64,000 nt of DNA from contig CAWAWS010000020.1 in assembly GCA_963785725.1 (NCBI GenBank), positions 288,001 to 352,000 of the forward strand. The letters are read 5' to 3'. Both the position numbers and the translations under genes were made by a program. The DNA comes from an uncultured delta proteobacterium (GTDB lineage Bacteria > Myxococcota_A > Polyangia > Palsa-1104). The notes under the pieces are model-generated. The model was given only the letters and a program-made list of their open reading frames with translations. It was not told the origin of the DNA and did not search any database. Shown piece by piece: positions 42,654 through 52,690 of this stretch; positions within the stretch are counted from its first letter, which is position 1; each line of letters opens with the position of its first letter.

Positions 42654-43373
42654 ATGAGATCCGTCGTTTTATGCTCATTCGCGCTCGTCTTTTCCGCCTG
42701 TGGCGCCAACGAAGCCGATCCTTGTGCGCGCGCGGCCGCTTATGTGAACGGCTGCGCGGGCGCCGATACCGTCGCCGCGGGCACGTGCGATGCCGAAGGC
42801 GCCAAGCTGCTGCTGACGCTCGACTGCGCGCAAGTGACGCTGGCCGTGCGGCAGAAAGTCACGCCCGACAGCCTCACCAGCACCGTCGACTCCATCGCCT
42901 GCGCCGCCGGTATCACGCGCGACTGCCCCGATCCGGCGTGCACGGCGCCCGTCTATCCCGGCCCATCGACGACGTGCAGCGACTACATCGGCATCGCCGG
43001 CTGCGGCGGCTGCCAGTTCTACGCCTGCCGCGAAGCCGAGCACAGCTGCGGCCCGTCCGGCTACTACCTCGGGTTCGCCGAGAAATACTGCGTCCGCTTT
43101 CTGCAGCAGCTGCGCCCGCGCATGTCGCCCGCCGGCCAGCACTTCCTCGACGCCGGCCGCGACTGCTTGATGGACTACGTCGACACGCAGGTCCCCGTCG
43201 ACGAGAGCTGCGACCAGGTGAAGTCGGGCTCGCTCGCGTCGCACGTCGCCTGCTATAAGGACAACGGCTTCTGCCAGCTGCCGGTCAGCGATCAGTGGCT
43301 GCTCTTGAACACGATCGATCCCGCCGATTTTCAGCTGACCGAAGCGCTGGAGACGGGGTTGAGCTGCCTGTAG
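42654..43373 (+). CDS. Cys-rich lipoprotein with a stanniocalcin-like domain
   Basis: Lipobox FSAC; CQFYAC.E...CG..GYY....KYC..F...CL...C.....SHVACY...GFC pattern. Confidence 0.65.
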   Translation: MRSVVLCSFALVFSACGANEADPCARAAAYVNGCAGADTVAAGTCDAEGAKLLLTLDCAQVTLAVRQKVTPDSLTSTVDSIACAAGITRDCPDPACTAPVYPGPSTTCSDYIGIAGCGGCQFYACREAEHSCGPSGYYLGFAEKYCVRFLQQLRPRMSPAGQHFLDAGRDCLMDYVDTQVPVDESCDQVKSGSLASHVACYKDNGFCQLPVSDQWLLLNTIDPADFQLTEALETGLSCL

Positions 43374-43429
43374 CCGTCGTCACCGCCGGCTGAGGGAGAA
43401 CGCGCGATTGCTGGTCCGAACGCGTCGGA

Positions 43430-45049
43430 CTAGGTGTTGCACTCGCTGGCGACGAAGCGCGCCTTCGACTGCTTGCCGAGCGTGATCACGCGGACGGCCG
43501 GGTCGGGCGTGTCGATGAACGGCACTTCGGGTCGAATGCCGAGCGGCGGCAGGCGCTCCTCGATCAGCTCTTCGTTGGCGTCGTAATAGTTGGCCTCGAC
43601 CGAGCGCAGATAGTCGGTGTAGCGATCGAACTCGCCGCGATTGCGCTTCAACGTCGCCCAAATCGCCGCCAGCGAGCCGCCGAAGCGCAGCGCGTTGTTG
43701 ACCTTGCCTTGCGCCGCCATTTTTCGCGGGATGTGCCGCGGATGATAGAAGCGATCGAGGCAGTCGAGCACCGCCTGCTGCAGCGTCGACGGGCGCATGT
43801 GCTTCGGAAAGAACGTGACGTAGTTGCCGTTCACGTAATCCCACGACGGCGCCAGCATGCGATGCCGCGGAATGCAGACGTTCTCCTGCATCTGCGTCGG
43901 AATCAGGCAGTACATGCTGACGTAATCGACGGCGTTCGTCTCCGCCCAGGCCAGCGTCGAGTACAGGTCGTCGACGCGCTGTCCGTCGGAGCCCATCAAG
44001 AACGAGCCGTGCACGCGGATGCCGTGGCGATGATAGGCGGCGACGCAGTCGGCCATCTCCTGCAGCTTGAGCCGCTTGTTCCACTCCTTTTGCGTCTCGG
44101 TGTCGAGCGACTCGAAGCCGACGTAGACGTTGGTGAAGCCGGCGCGACGCAAGAGCGGCAGCATGTCCGTGTCCTGCGCGTTCTCGACGCGCAGGAAGCA
44201 GGTGTAGTTGCCGCCTTCGTGCAAGCCCTCTTGGATCATGCGCGTGAGCAGCTCGATGATGAAGTCGCGCTTGACGACGAACAGGTTGTCGATGAACCAG
44301 ATGCGCGACGAATAGCGGCGGCGATCGCGCAGCTCGTCGAGGACGCGGTCGACGTCGCGCGTGCGATAGCTGCCGTATAAGTCGGGCGTGATGCAGAACT
44401 TGCAGGCGAACGGGCAGCCGCGCGACGCCTCGATGGTCATGAAGTAATAGCGACGGCGCAGGGCCTGCTCGAGCAGCGACATCTTGCGATAGCCGCGGAT
44501 GATCGACATCGACGTCGGCACGCCGAGGCGCTTGGTGAACGCGCGCGGCCCGGTGTGCGCGAGCTTGCCCTCGTGCCAGTAGCTGACGCCGAGGACGTCG
44601 CGAATGTCGGTCCTGCCGTTGAGCGCGGCCAGCAGCTCGACGATGGTGTCCTCGCCTTCGCCGCGCACGATGAAGTCCACCGCTTCGGCGCCCGCCGACG
44701 GAATGACCTTGGCCAAGCCGCCGCCGCCGATCGCGACCAAATTCGGGTTGAGCTTGCGCGCCTTGGCCAAGAGGCGCTCGTTCTTGTCCAAGTTGCCGGC
44801 CACTTGATGGACCAACACGGCGTCGGCGTCGGCCAGGTCGCGCTCGTCGAAGACCGACATGTCCTCGAGCAAAGCCTCCACCTCGTAGCCTTCCTGCTTG
44901 AGCAAAGAGCCGATCAAGACCGTGCCATGCCAGGGCATGATCGCGTTCTTGATGAAGTCGGTGCGCGCCGAGCGCAGCTCCACCAACTTGATCTTGCGGA
45001 TGGGACGGCCTTGATACGCGTACCGTGCGTCGAGCGTGGCAGCTTGCAT
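43430..45049 (-). CDS. B12-binding radical SAM protein
   Basis: RGEGE, SRGCPFACKFC, FIDNLF, GFES, SFLMG. Confidence 0.88.
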   Translation of the reverse strand: MQAATLDARYAYQGRPIRKIKLVELRSARTDFIKNAIMPWHGTVLIGSLLKQEGYEVEALLEDMSVFDERDLADADAVLVHQVAGNLDKNERLLAKARKLNPNLVAIGGGGLAKVIPSAGAEAVDFIVRGEGEDTIVELLAALNGRTDIRDVLGVSYWHEGKLAHTGPRAFTKRLGVPTSMSIIRGYRKMSLLEQALRRRYYFMTIEASRGCPFACKFCITPDLYGSYRTRDVDRVLDELRDRRRYSSRIWFIDNLFVVKRDFIIELLTRMIQEGLHEGGNYTCFLRVENAQDTDMLPLLRRAGFTNVYVGFESLDTETQKEWNKRLKLQEMADCVAAYHRHGIRVHGSFLMGSDGQRVDDLYSTLAWAETNAVDYVSMYCLIPTQMQENVCIPRHRMLAPSWDYVNGNYVTFFPKHMRPSTLQQAVLDCLDRFYHPRHIPRKMAAQGKVNNALRFGGSLAAIWATLKRNRGEFDRYTDYLRSVEANYYDANEELIEERLPPLGIRPEVPFIDTPDPAVRVITLGKQSKARFVASECNT

Positions 45050-45079
45050 CCCCGACCCCCAATTCTGGCCCGTAGCGTT

Positions 45080-48000
45080 TTAGAACGGCGGCTTGTACCC
45101 CACGACAGTCGATAGCTGCTCGAGCAGATGGCTGCGGCGAACCCCGGTTTCTTGCGTGTCCGAGCTGGTGTCCGGCCCGTCGGGACGCGCGTGCGACGAG
45201 ATGCCGCGCTCCTTCCAATACGCGCGCGGCGAGATCGGCGCGTCGGCGGTCTGAGGCAGGCGCGGCCAGAAGTCGCAGCTGGGATAGCCGAGCTGCGCGA
45301 CCGTGTCGGCTTGCTGGCGGCGAATTTCGGCGGCCGCCTTGTCGTCGCCGATCGCCTCCAACGACTCGGCGTAGCGCTGCAGGAGCCACGGCCGCGCGGC
45401 GACGTTGCCGGCGCGATCGAGCTGCGCCAGCGCGCCGTCGGCCAGCTGGCGCACGCGCAGGCGACGCGGCGCCGGATCGTCGAACGAGCTGACCGCCATC
45501 GTGTGCGCGAGGCCCATCGCGTTCATCGGGCCGGCGTAGTCGTCGCGCGCGGCGTCGGCCATCTCCAGGCCGCGCGTGTAGACGGCGCGCGCGTCTTCGA
45601 AGCGGCCGCCGACGAACATGACGTCGCCCAAAAAGGCCTGCGCCCACGACGCGAGCATGCCTATTTTGAGGATGCTCGAGAGGTTGATGGAGTTGGACAG
45701 GAGGACGCGGGCGCGATCGATGCGGCCGAGATGGAACTGGTGGCGGCCGGCGAACACGGTGCCGACGTAGACGTAGAGGCCGCCGATCGCGTGCTCCTCG
45801 GCGAACGCCAACAGGCCCGTCGACCAGCGCACGCCTTCGGTGTACTCGCACAAGGCTTCGCACAAGGCCGAGCGATAGATGTGCGCGCCCAAGATGCGCA
45901 GCGGATCTTCCAGCGCGGCGGCGAGCGAGCCGCATGCTTCGGCGGCGATGAGCGCGGTCTCGCGCCGGCCGGTGAAGCCGAGCGCGACCGACAAGAGGCC
46001 GTTGGAGTGCGAGAGCTCGCCGTATTCGCGCGACTCTTTGGCCAGCTCGATGCCGCGCTCCAAGACCTCGATCGACTGCGTGAACTGACCCGAGATGCAC
46101 ATCGTGCGGCCGAGAATGTTCGCCGGCAGGCATTGGAAGCTCTTCAGCTCGGGATCGTCTTTGGCGACGGCGAGGCAGCGACGCGAGGATTCACCGGCTT
46201 TGACGGCGTTGCCTTGCACGTAATAGAGCCGCGCGTAGGCGCCGGCGAGCGCGACCTGCTGGCGCGGCGAGCCTTCGCCGACGAGCGACGCGCAGCGATC
46301 GAGCTGGGCCAGGATTTCGCTGGTGTCGCCGAGCGAGCCGGCCACCCGCGACAGCTCGAAGGCGGCGCGCGCCAAGAGATCGTCGCGCTCGACCGTGCGC
46401 GACAGCGGCGCGATGACCTCGACGACGCGGTGAAAGGCGTTCGATCCGCCGGCGGGATCGTGCAGATCGTCGGCTTCGAGGCCGGCCTTGAAGTAGGCCT
46501 GCGCCGCCGGCAGCGGACGACCGGCGCGCTCCAAGTGATGGCCGAGCGTTCCCGCCGGCACTTTCCGCTGCGCCAGCCGATCGGCGATGCGCCCGTGAAT
46601 GTCGGCCAAGCGACCGGGCGAAACCGTCGACTCCAGGTGCTCGCGCACGGTGTCATGCGCGAACGTGATGCGATCGCCGTCGGCGCGGCACAAGAGGTGG
46701 CGCGCGGCGTCGTCGACGGCGGCGTGCACCGCGGCGGCGGCGTAGAGGCCGAGGCCGATGACGTCCGAGAGGTGAAACTGGCGGCCGATGAGCGCGGCCA
46801 CGCCGAGGACGGCGCGCTCGTCGTGGCGCAGCTGCTCGAGCGTGCGTTCGAGCACCGCCGACACCGACGACGGCGGCTGGTAGTCGTCGAACGAGCGCTC
46901 GCCGCGCTGCAAACGACCGAGCGCGTCGCGGGCCAGAAAGTGCTCCGCCTCCAAGTTGTGCAGCACCTGCGTCATCACGAGCGGGTTGCCTGCCGACAAG
47001 AGCGGGATCGCTCGCTGCAACATGTGGGTCAGCTCGTCGCCCGAGCCGGTCAGCTGGCGCATCAGCTGCTCGGAGTCGGCGGCGTCGAGCGGCGCCAGCG
47101 CCAGCTGCTCCATCGGAATGTTCGCCAGCGTCGACGTCGGCCGGCTCGTCGTGATGAGGATCGTGCGCGGCGTCGGATGCGCCGCGCAGATGCGCGCCAG
47201 CACCGCCAGCGTGCCTTCGTCGGCCCAGTGCAGGTCTTCGATGACCGCGAACACCGGCATCAGCTGCGCCACGGCGCCGAGCAGCGACACGAGCGCGCGC
47301 GCCACCCGCTCGGAGCCGACGAGCCGCAGCGCCGACGACACGTTCTCGACGGTGTGCGCCTCGCCGTCGCGGGCGAGCAGCTCGGCCGTCTCCGGCGCCA
47401 GGCCGACGAGCACCGCCGCGTCGGAGATGGGGGCGGCGCGGATGCGCTCGCGCGCCTCGCGGCCGAGCTTGCCCGGCATCATCGCCAAGGCCGAGCACAG
47501 CTGCGCCAGCGACTCGCGCAGCGGCGAATAGGGCACGAGGTCGCCGAGCTGGCGGCAGCGACCGTACGCGACGAGGCCGACGCGCGTCGCCGCCGCGCGC
47601 GTCAACGCCTCGGCCGCCAGCCGACTCTTGCCGACGCCGGGCTCGCCCACGATCGAGATCGCCGCCGCCTCGCCGCCGACCACCGCTTCGCAGCGACGGC
47701 GCAGCCGCTCGAGCTCGCGCGTGCGGCCGGCGAACGGCGACTGGCTCACGTCGATCACCGTCAGCGGGCTCGACGACGCCTCGGCGTGCGGCACGGTCGC
47801 GCCCGTCTCGTACAAGGTGTCGTAATAGAGGTCCTTCAAGCGCGCCGACAAGAGCTGCGCCGAGCCGAACCGGAGCGCCGGATCGCGCTGCAACAGGGCG
47901 TCGATGAGCTGCGCCAGACCGGGCGAAATGTCGGGCAGACGCTGGCTAATCGGGATCGGATCCTTGCTCGTCTTCTCGGCGATGAGCTTCCAGTTGTCGA

Positions 48001-48667
48001 GCGCCTCGAACGGCAGCTGCGCCGTCAAGATCTCGTAAAACACCGTGCCCAGCGCGTACAAGTCGAGCTTGGCGTTGGGCTGCGAGCGACCGGACTCGAA
48101 CGACTCGGGCGCCATGTACACCGGCGAGCCCGCCCACACCGACTCGGCGCGCGGCGCCACCGACGCCAGCTGCGACAGGCCGAAGTCGAGCACCTTGATG
48201 CGCGGCTCGAACGGATCCGCGATCATGATGTTGCTCGACTTGAGATCGAGGTGAAAGATGTTGCGCTCGTGGCAGTGCGCCAGCGCTTCGGCGACGCGGC
48301 GCACGATGCGAATGGCCTCGATCGGATCGAGCCGACCGCGCCGGCGCAGATGATCTTGCAGCGACTCGCCTTCGACCAGCTCCATCGCCAAAAAGAGGCG
48401 CTGCTCGGGCTGCTGCGTGCCGAAGTCGAAGATGCTCACCAGCGCCGGATGCTGCAACCGCATCAAGGCTTCGATCTCGTTCTGCTGGCGGACGAGATTC
48501 TGCGCCGTCTGTCGCGTCGCCGGATGGTGCGAAATCTTCAGCGCCACCACCTCTTGGCTGTGGTTGTGCGCGCGATAGACGGCGCCGAAGCCGCCCGCGC
48601 CCAACAGCTCGTCGACGACGTAACCACCGACGTCGACGCCGCGTGGCAGCGGAATGAAGTCGCCCAC
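45080..48667 (-). CDS. Ser/Thr protein kinase with AAA/STAND ATPase and TPR-like domains
   Basis: GAGGFGAVY, VALK, HLDLKSSN, DFG, YMAPE; Walker A GEPGVGKS; IEDLHWAD; GNP. Confidence 0.92.
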   Translation of the reverse strand: MGDFIPLPRGVDVGGYVVDELLGAGGFGAVYRAHNHSQEVVALKISHHPATRQTAQNLVRQQNEIEALMRLQHPALVSIFDFGTQQPEQRLFLAMELVEGESLQDHLRRRGRLDPIEAIRIVRRVAEALAHCHERNIFHLDLKSSNIMIADPFEPRIKVLDFGLSQLASVAPRAESVWAGSPVYMAPESFESGRSQPNAKLDLYALGTVFYEILTAQLPFEALDNWKLIAEKTSKDPIPISQRLPDISPGLAQLIDALLQRDPALRFGSAQLLSARLKDLYYDTLYETGATVPHAEASSSPLTVIDVSQSPFAGRTRELERLRRRCEAVVGGEAAAISIVGEPGVGKSRLAAEALTRAAATRVGLVAYGRCRQLGDLVPYSPLRESLAQLCSALAMMPGKLGREARERIRAAPISDAAVLVGLAPETAELLARDGEAHTVENVSSALRLVGSERVARALVSLLGAVAQLMPVFAVIEDLHWADEGTLAVLARICAAHPTPRTILITTSRPTSTLANIPMEQLALAPLDAADSEQLMRQLTGSGDELTHMLQRAIPLLSAGNPLVMTQVLHNLEAEHFLARDALGRLQRGERSFDDYQPPSSVSAVLERTLEQLRHDERAVLGVAALIGRQFHLSDVIGLGLYAAAAVHAAVDDAARHLLCRADGDRITFAHDTVREHLESTVSPGRLADIHGRIADRLAQRKVPAGTLGHHLERAGRPLPAAQAYFKAGLEADDLHDPAGGSNAFHRVVEVIAPLSRTVERDDLLARAAFELSRVAGSLGDTSEILAQLDRCASLVGEGSPRQQVALAGAYARLYYVQGNAVKAGESSRRCLAVAKDDPELKSFQCLPANILGRTMCISGQFTQSIEVLERGIELAKESREYGELSHSNGLLSVALGFTGRRETALIAAEACGSLAAALEDPLRILGAHIYRSALCEALCEYTEGVRWSTGLLAFAEEHAIGGLYVYVGTVFAGRHQFHLGRIDRARVLLSNSINLSSILKIGMLASWAQAFLGDVMFVGGRFEDARAVYTRGLEMADAARDDYAGPMNAMGLAHTMAVSSFDDPAPRRLRVRQLADGALAQLDRAGNVAARPWLLQRYAESLEAIGDDKAAAEIRRQQADTVAQLGYPSCDFWPRLPQTADAPISPRAYWKERGISSHARPDGPDTSSDTQETGVRRSHLLEQLSTVVGYKPPF

Positions 48668-48678
48668 GGCCGGCTCGT

Positions 48679-49512
48679 TTACCCGCGCACGAGCCCGGGC
48701 GTCTGCGGCGGCGCGTCACCGCGTCGATCGGGATGGTCGCGCTCGAGGAAGCGGCGCAAACCCTCTTGCATGTCCGACGAGCCGAGGAGGCGATTGAAGC
48801 ACTCGGCCTCGATGCGCATGGCCTCGGGCATGGGCGCGTTGTAGCCGCGCATGACCGATTCCTTGTCGGTGCGAATGGCCTCTTGCGGCAACGCGGCGAT
48901 GAAGCGCCCGAGCTCCAGCGCGCGCTCCAGCGACTTACCGCGCGGCACGATCTCGTTGACGAGCCCGATGCGCTCGGCCTCGACGGCGCCGATGACGCGG
49001 CCGGTGATGATGAGCTCGAGCGCGCGGCCCATGCCGATGATGCGCGGCAGGCGCACGGTGCCGCCGTCGGCGAGGCCGATGTTCCAGCGCCGGCAGGTGA
49101 CGCCGAAGCTGGCATGCTCCTCGGCGATGCGCATGTCCGCCCAGCACGCCCACTCGAGCCCGCCGGCGTACGCGACGCCGTTGATGGCGGCGATGACCGG
49201 CTTGTACAGGTCGGTCCAGCGGCTCGGTCCGAGATAGCCGGGACGCTCGCCGCGGTTGTTGGCGGCGATCTCCGACGGCGTCGACGGCACGAGCTGCGCG
49301 ACGTGGCGCAAGTCGGCGCCGGAGCAGAAGGCCTTGTCGCCGCTGCCGGTGATGATGGCGACCGACGCGCTGTCGTCCTCGCGAAAGAGGTTCCAGGCGG
49401 CGATCAGCTCGTGATGCGTGCGCGGACCGATGCAGTTGCGCACGTCGGGTCGGTTGATCTGGATGATGCGCACCGCGCCGTCGCGCTGATAGAGAATCTC
49501 TTGGAAGTCCAC
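48679..49512 (-). CDS. Enoyl-CoA hydratase/crotonase family protein
   Basis: INRPDVRN, FCSGADL, KPVIAAING..YAGGLE, CRRWNIGLADGG. Confidence 0.9.
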   Translation of the reverse strand: MDFQEILYQRDGAVRIIQINRPDVRNCIGPRTHHELIAAWNLFREDDSASVAIITGSGDKAFCSGADLRHVAQLVPSTPSEIAANNRGERPGYLGPSRWTDLYKPVIAAINGVAYAGGLEWACWADMRIAEEHASFGVTCRRWNIGLADGGTVRLPRIIGMGRALELIITGRVIGAVEAERIGLVNEIVPRGKSLERALELGRFIAALPQEAIRTDKESVMRGYNAPMPEAMRIEAECFNRLLGSSDMQEGLRRFLERDHPDRRGDAPPQTPGLVRG

Positions 49513-49585
49513 ACTCACCTCCCGTCGACGGGCGCTCCGCGCAGAACAGCGTATCAACGAAAGAAAGGAAGCGTCAAGGACGCGG

Positions 49586-50524
49586 TCACGCGAGCTTGCA
49601 GCAGTCGTGACACCAGATGTTGCGGCCTTTGCGCCGCCACTCGGCGGCGCCGTAGTGAAATGACGCGCGTGCGACGGCGGGCAGCACGCGGTGCACGTGT
49701 GCGACGTCGTCGGCATGGGACGCACGCCCGAGCGCCTGCGACGCCGGCACGGCGACGACGGCATCGAGCGGCGGATTGACGAAGACGGGAATCGACAGGC
49801 GGCTGCGATCGCGCGCAAGGTTGGTCACGCGATGCGGCGTCGCGCGCAATGCGCCGCCGCTTTGGGCTTCGGCCAGCTCGCCCAGGTTGACGATGAGCGT
49901 CGCCGGCGCGGGATCGACCGCGCGCCAAACACCGTCGCGCGTCTGCAGCTCGAGGCCGCCGACGTCATCCTGTGCCAAGAGCGTCACCAAGCTGTAATCG
50001 ACATGCGCCGCCACGCCCGAACGCAGCTCGTGCGCGCGTGGCTGCGGATGGTAGTGGATGAGCTTCGTGACCAAGTAGGCGTCGCCCGTCGGCAGGGGCA
50101 GCGACAACGACGCCAACAGACGACGACCGAGCGCCGCCAGCTCGTCCTGATGCGCCAGCAGCGTCGCCGCGAAGTCGGCACCGAGCGGCGGCGGCCATTG
50201 GTTGGGGCCGGCGAGCCGAGCCCACTCGGGCGCGTCCTCGTCGGCCCGCGCCGGCCGCTCGCTGCCGAGGTGCAGCTGCTCGCGCCAGTCGCGCGCGTTG
50301 TGCAGCTCGGAGTAGCCGCGAAAGTGCGGCGAGCGCGCGATGTCGAGCGCGCGTTTGTCCGCGGCCGGCAGCGCGAAGAACGCGCGCGCGTGCGCCATCG
50401 TCGCGCGCAGGCGCGCGCCGGCAGCGTCGTCGAGCTGCAGCGTAAAGGCGCCGACGTCGCTGCACGCCGCCCGCAGCGCCGCCCGATCGCCGTCGAGCGT
50501 GGCGGTACAAAAGCGCGGGATCAT
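49586..50524 (-). CDS. IPNS-like 2-oxoglutarate/Fe(II) oxygenase
   Basis: HYHP, HVD, LLAQDDVGGLE, VNLGE, TPHRV, RLS. Confidence 0.88.
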   Translation of the reverse strand: MIPRFCTATLDGDRAALRAACSDVGAFTLQLDDAAGARLRATMAHARAFFALPAADKRALDIARSPHFRGYSELHNARDWREQLHLGSERPARADEDAPEWARLAGPNQWPPPLGADFAATLLAHQDELAALGRRLLASLSLPLPTGDAYLVTKLIHYHPQPRAHELRSGVAAHVDYSLVTLLAQDDVGGLELQTRDGVWRAVDPAPATLIVNLGELAEAQSGGALRATPHRVTNLARDRSRLSIPVFVNPPLDAVVAVPASQALGRASHADDVAHVHRVLPAVARASFHYGAAEWRRKGRNIWCHDCCKLA

Positions 50525-51759
50525 GCGAGCGCGCGCGCCAGCCACTGCCGCGCGTCGTCGAGGCCGTCGATGTTAGCGAGCGGCAGCGTGTCGCCGTAGA
50601 AGCCGTGCGCGAGCTTGTGGCGCAGCTTGTCGACATGCCGGCCATGCGCCGTCTCGACCTGCAGCACGCGCGGATCGAAGGGCAGCCCCTTTTCGTGCAG
50701 CATCTCGAACAGCAACAGCTGCACGGCCTCGGCGGCGACGGGCGCGAGCGCTGCCGACGCCTGCGCCAAGCGGCTCGCGCAGGCGCTACGGCGACCAAGG
50801 ATTGCGGCGTCGTCGAGCGCGGCGGCGGTCACGGCCGCGGCGGCGCCGTCGAGGATCGTGCGATGGCGCTGCGTGGCGGCGTCGACGAGCGTCGTGGCCG
50901 CGCCGCCGTCCGCCGGCGGCTGATAGGCGTCGGGCAGGTCGACGCCGCGCGACAGCAGCTCCTCGCGCACCATGAAGCGCGCGTGATCGACGTCGTGCAG
51001 GAAATATTCGAGCGGCGACAGCCGCGCGCCATCGCTGAAGATGGGCGTCGTGCGCAGACCGAGCGGATGCACGGGCACGACGCGCGTGTGCACGAAGAAG
51101 CGCGGCGACAGCGGCGCGAACGTCGGAAACACGATCACGTCGGGATAGAGCTGCCCGAGCGGCGCCAGCTCGGCCGCGACTTTGGGCCGATAGATCGCCG
51201 GCAGATCGGGCTCGAGGGCGCGCGCTTCGGCGTCGACGGCGAGCGCGAACGCATGCGCGACCGCGAGCGCGGCGGCGTAAGGCGCGCCGGCCGCGGCGAC
51301 GGCGCGCAGCTCGGCGGCGAGCGGCGGATGCGAACGATCTAGCCAAGCGGCAGCGTGCAGCAGCGTCGGCACGAGCTCGGGCAGCCGCGAATCGCCCGTC
51401 GCCGCTCGCTGTCGCAGCTGACGATAGAAGCCGACCGGATCGGCGGTCAGCGCGGCACCGAAGTGATCGGGCGGCGGCGGCAGCAACAGCGCGCCGCGCT
51501 GCTCGAAGCCGGCCGCCGCCAGCGCCAGCAGCTCGAACGCGAACAGCGTCAACCGTCCGTGGTCATCGACGAGCGTCGCGGTCGTAATCGGCGAGCCGAC
51601 GTAGACGCGGCGACGGCACGCGACCAATTCGCGCACGAAGCCGTGATTGCGCAGGAGCGACCAGCCTTCGCGCGGCAAGATGACGTGGCCGGGCCACTCG
51701 CGCGCGACGTCGGCGTCGGCGAGCCGGCCGATCACCGCGATGTCGCCGGCGCCGTTCAC
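50521..51759 (-). CDS. Hypothetical two-domain protein with a putative metal-binding HDxxH...ExxHE motif
   Basis: Intact GC3-rich ORF; SDG..LSPLEYFLHDVDH, LFEMLHEKG; ATGA overlap with the oxygenase. Confidence 0.65.
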   Translation of the reverse strand: MNGAGDIAVIGRLADADVAREWPGHVILPREGWSLLRNHGFVRELVACRRRVYVGSPITTATLVDDHGRLTLFAFELLALAAAGFEQRGALLLPPPPDHFGAALTADPVGFYRQLRQRAATGDSRLPELVPTLLHAAAWLDRSHPPLAAELRAVAAAGAPYAAALAVAHAFALAVDAEARALEPDLPAIYRPKVAAELAPLGQLYPDVIVFPTFAPLSPRFFVHTRVVPVHPLGLRTTPIFSDGARLSPLEYFLHDVDHARFMVREELLSRGVDLPDAYQPPADGGAATTLVDAATQRHRTILDGAAAAVTAAALDDAAILGRRSACASRLAQASAALAPVAAEAVQLLLFEMLHEKGLPFDPRVLQVETAHGRHVDKLRHKLAHGFYGDTLPLANIDGLDDARQWLARALA

Positions 51760-51796
51760 CCGCCAAAGATAGCGCGACGGCGGCGAACGCGCTCGA

Positions 51797-52660
51797 TCAC
51801 CTGAGGTCGATCGCGGTCACGCGGTCGTGCACGCGCTCGGCCAGCGTCAGCCCGCCGTAACGCGCGTACTCGCGCGGGTAGCCGACCGGGCTCGTCTCGA
51901 CCGTGAATTCGCCGCCCGGCCCGACGGCGACGGCGCGCTTGCGGAAGTGCGTGTGGCCGGCGGCGCCGTAGCGGACATTTCCCGCGCGCTGCATGGCCGC
52001 GCCCAGCCGCTCCGAGCCCATGAAGCCGTTGATGAAGTCCCACGGCGGCTCGCCGCGCGACGTCACCAGCGCCGCCAGCGGCAGATGATGCGTGACCACG
52101 ACCGTCGGCCGCGCGCCGGCTTCGTCGAGCTGGCGTTGCAGCGCGTGCACCATGCCGTCGCAGATGCCGAGATCGTCGAGCTTGCCGCCGCTGTCGTCGG
52201 GCCAGTGGACGCGCAGCTTGTCGTTCCAGCGCAGGCGTCCCCACGAGCCGCGCACGTAGTCCTCGCGCGTGAAGGTGCCGTCGAGCTCTTTGCAGCGCAG
52301 CGAGTAGTCGTACCAGCCGGTGGTGCCGCAAAAGACGACGCCGTCGATCTCGACCGGCGCCGCATGCAGCGCGTCGACGCCGGCGCGCGCGCAGCGTTCG
52401 GGAATGTCGCGCTCGTATTTGTCGCGGCTGGTCGGCCCTTCGGCGGCGCACCATAAGTCGTGGTTGCCGGGCACGAACACCGTGCGTGGCGCCGCCTTGC
52501 CGAGCCGCGCCAGCGCCGACTCGAGCGTGTCGAGGTCGTGCGTCACGTCCCCGGCGACGATGAGCACGTCTACGGCCAGTTCCTCGACGCGCGCGCTCAC
52601 GAGCGGAATGACGTCGGGATGATGCTCGACATGAAGGTCGCTGGTGAGCGCGAGACGCAT
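51797..52660 (-). CDS. Metallophosphoesterase (calcineurin-like)
   Basis: SDLH, AGDV, PGNHD, VTHHLP, GHTH. Confidence 0.9.
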   Translation of the reverse strand: MRLALTSDLHVEHHPDVIPLVSARVEELAVDVLIVAGDVTHDLDTLESALARLGKAAPRTVFVPGNHDLWCAAEGPTSRDKYERDIPERCARAGVDALHAAPVEIDGVVFCGTTGWYDYSLRCKELDGTFTREDYVRGSWGRLRWNDKLRVHWPDDSGGKLDDLGICDGMVHALQRQLDEAGARPTVVVTHHLPLAALVTSRGEPPWDFINGFMGSERLGAAMQRAGNVRYGAAGHTHFRKRAVAVGPGGEFTVETSPVGYPREYARYGGLTLAERVHDRVTAIDLR

Positions 52661-52690
52661 CACCTCATTATGTAAGTCTCCATCCGCCGC

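Noticed and set aside
45128..48844. 1238-aa plus-strand ORF, and similar long antisense ORFs (32061-34406, 36465-39029, 43380-46133, 58052-59893)
   Set aside because: Shadow frames of real genes in high-GC DNA; Arg/Ala-rich with no motifs
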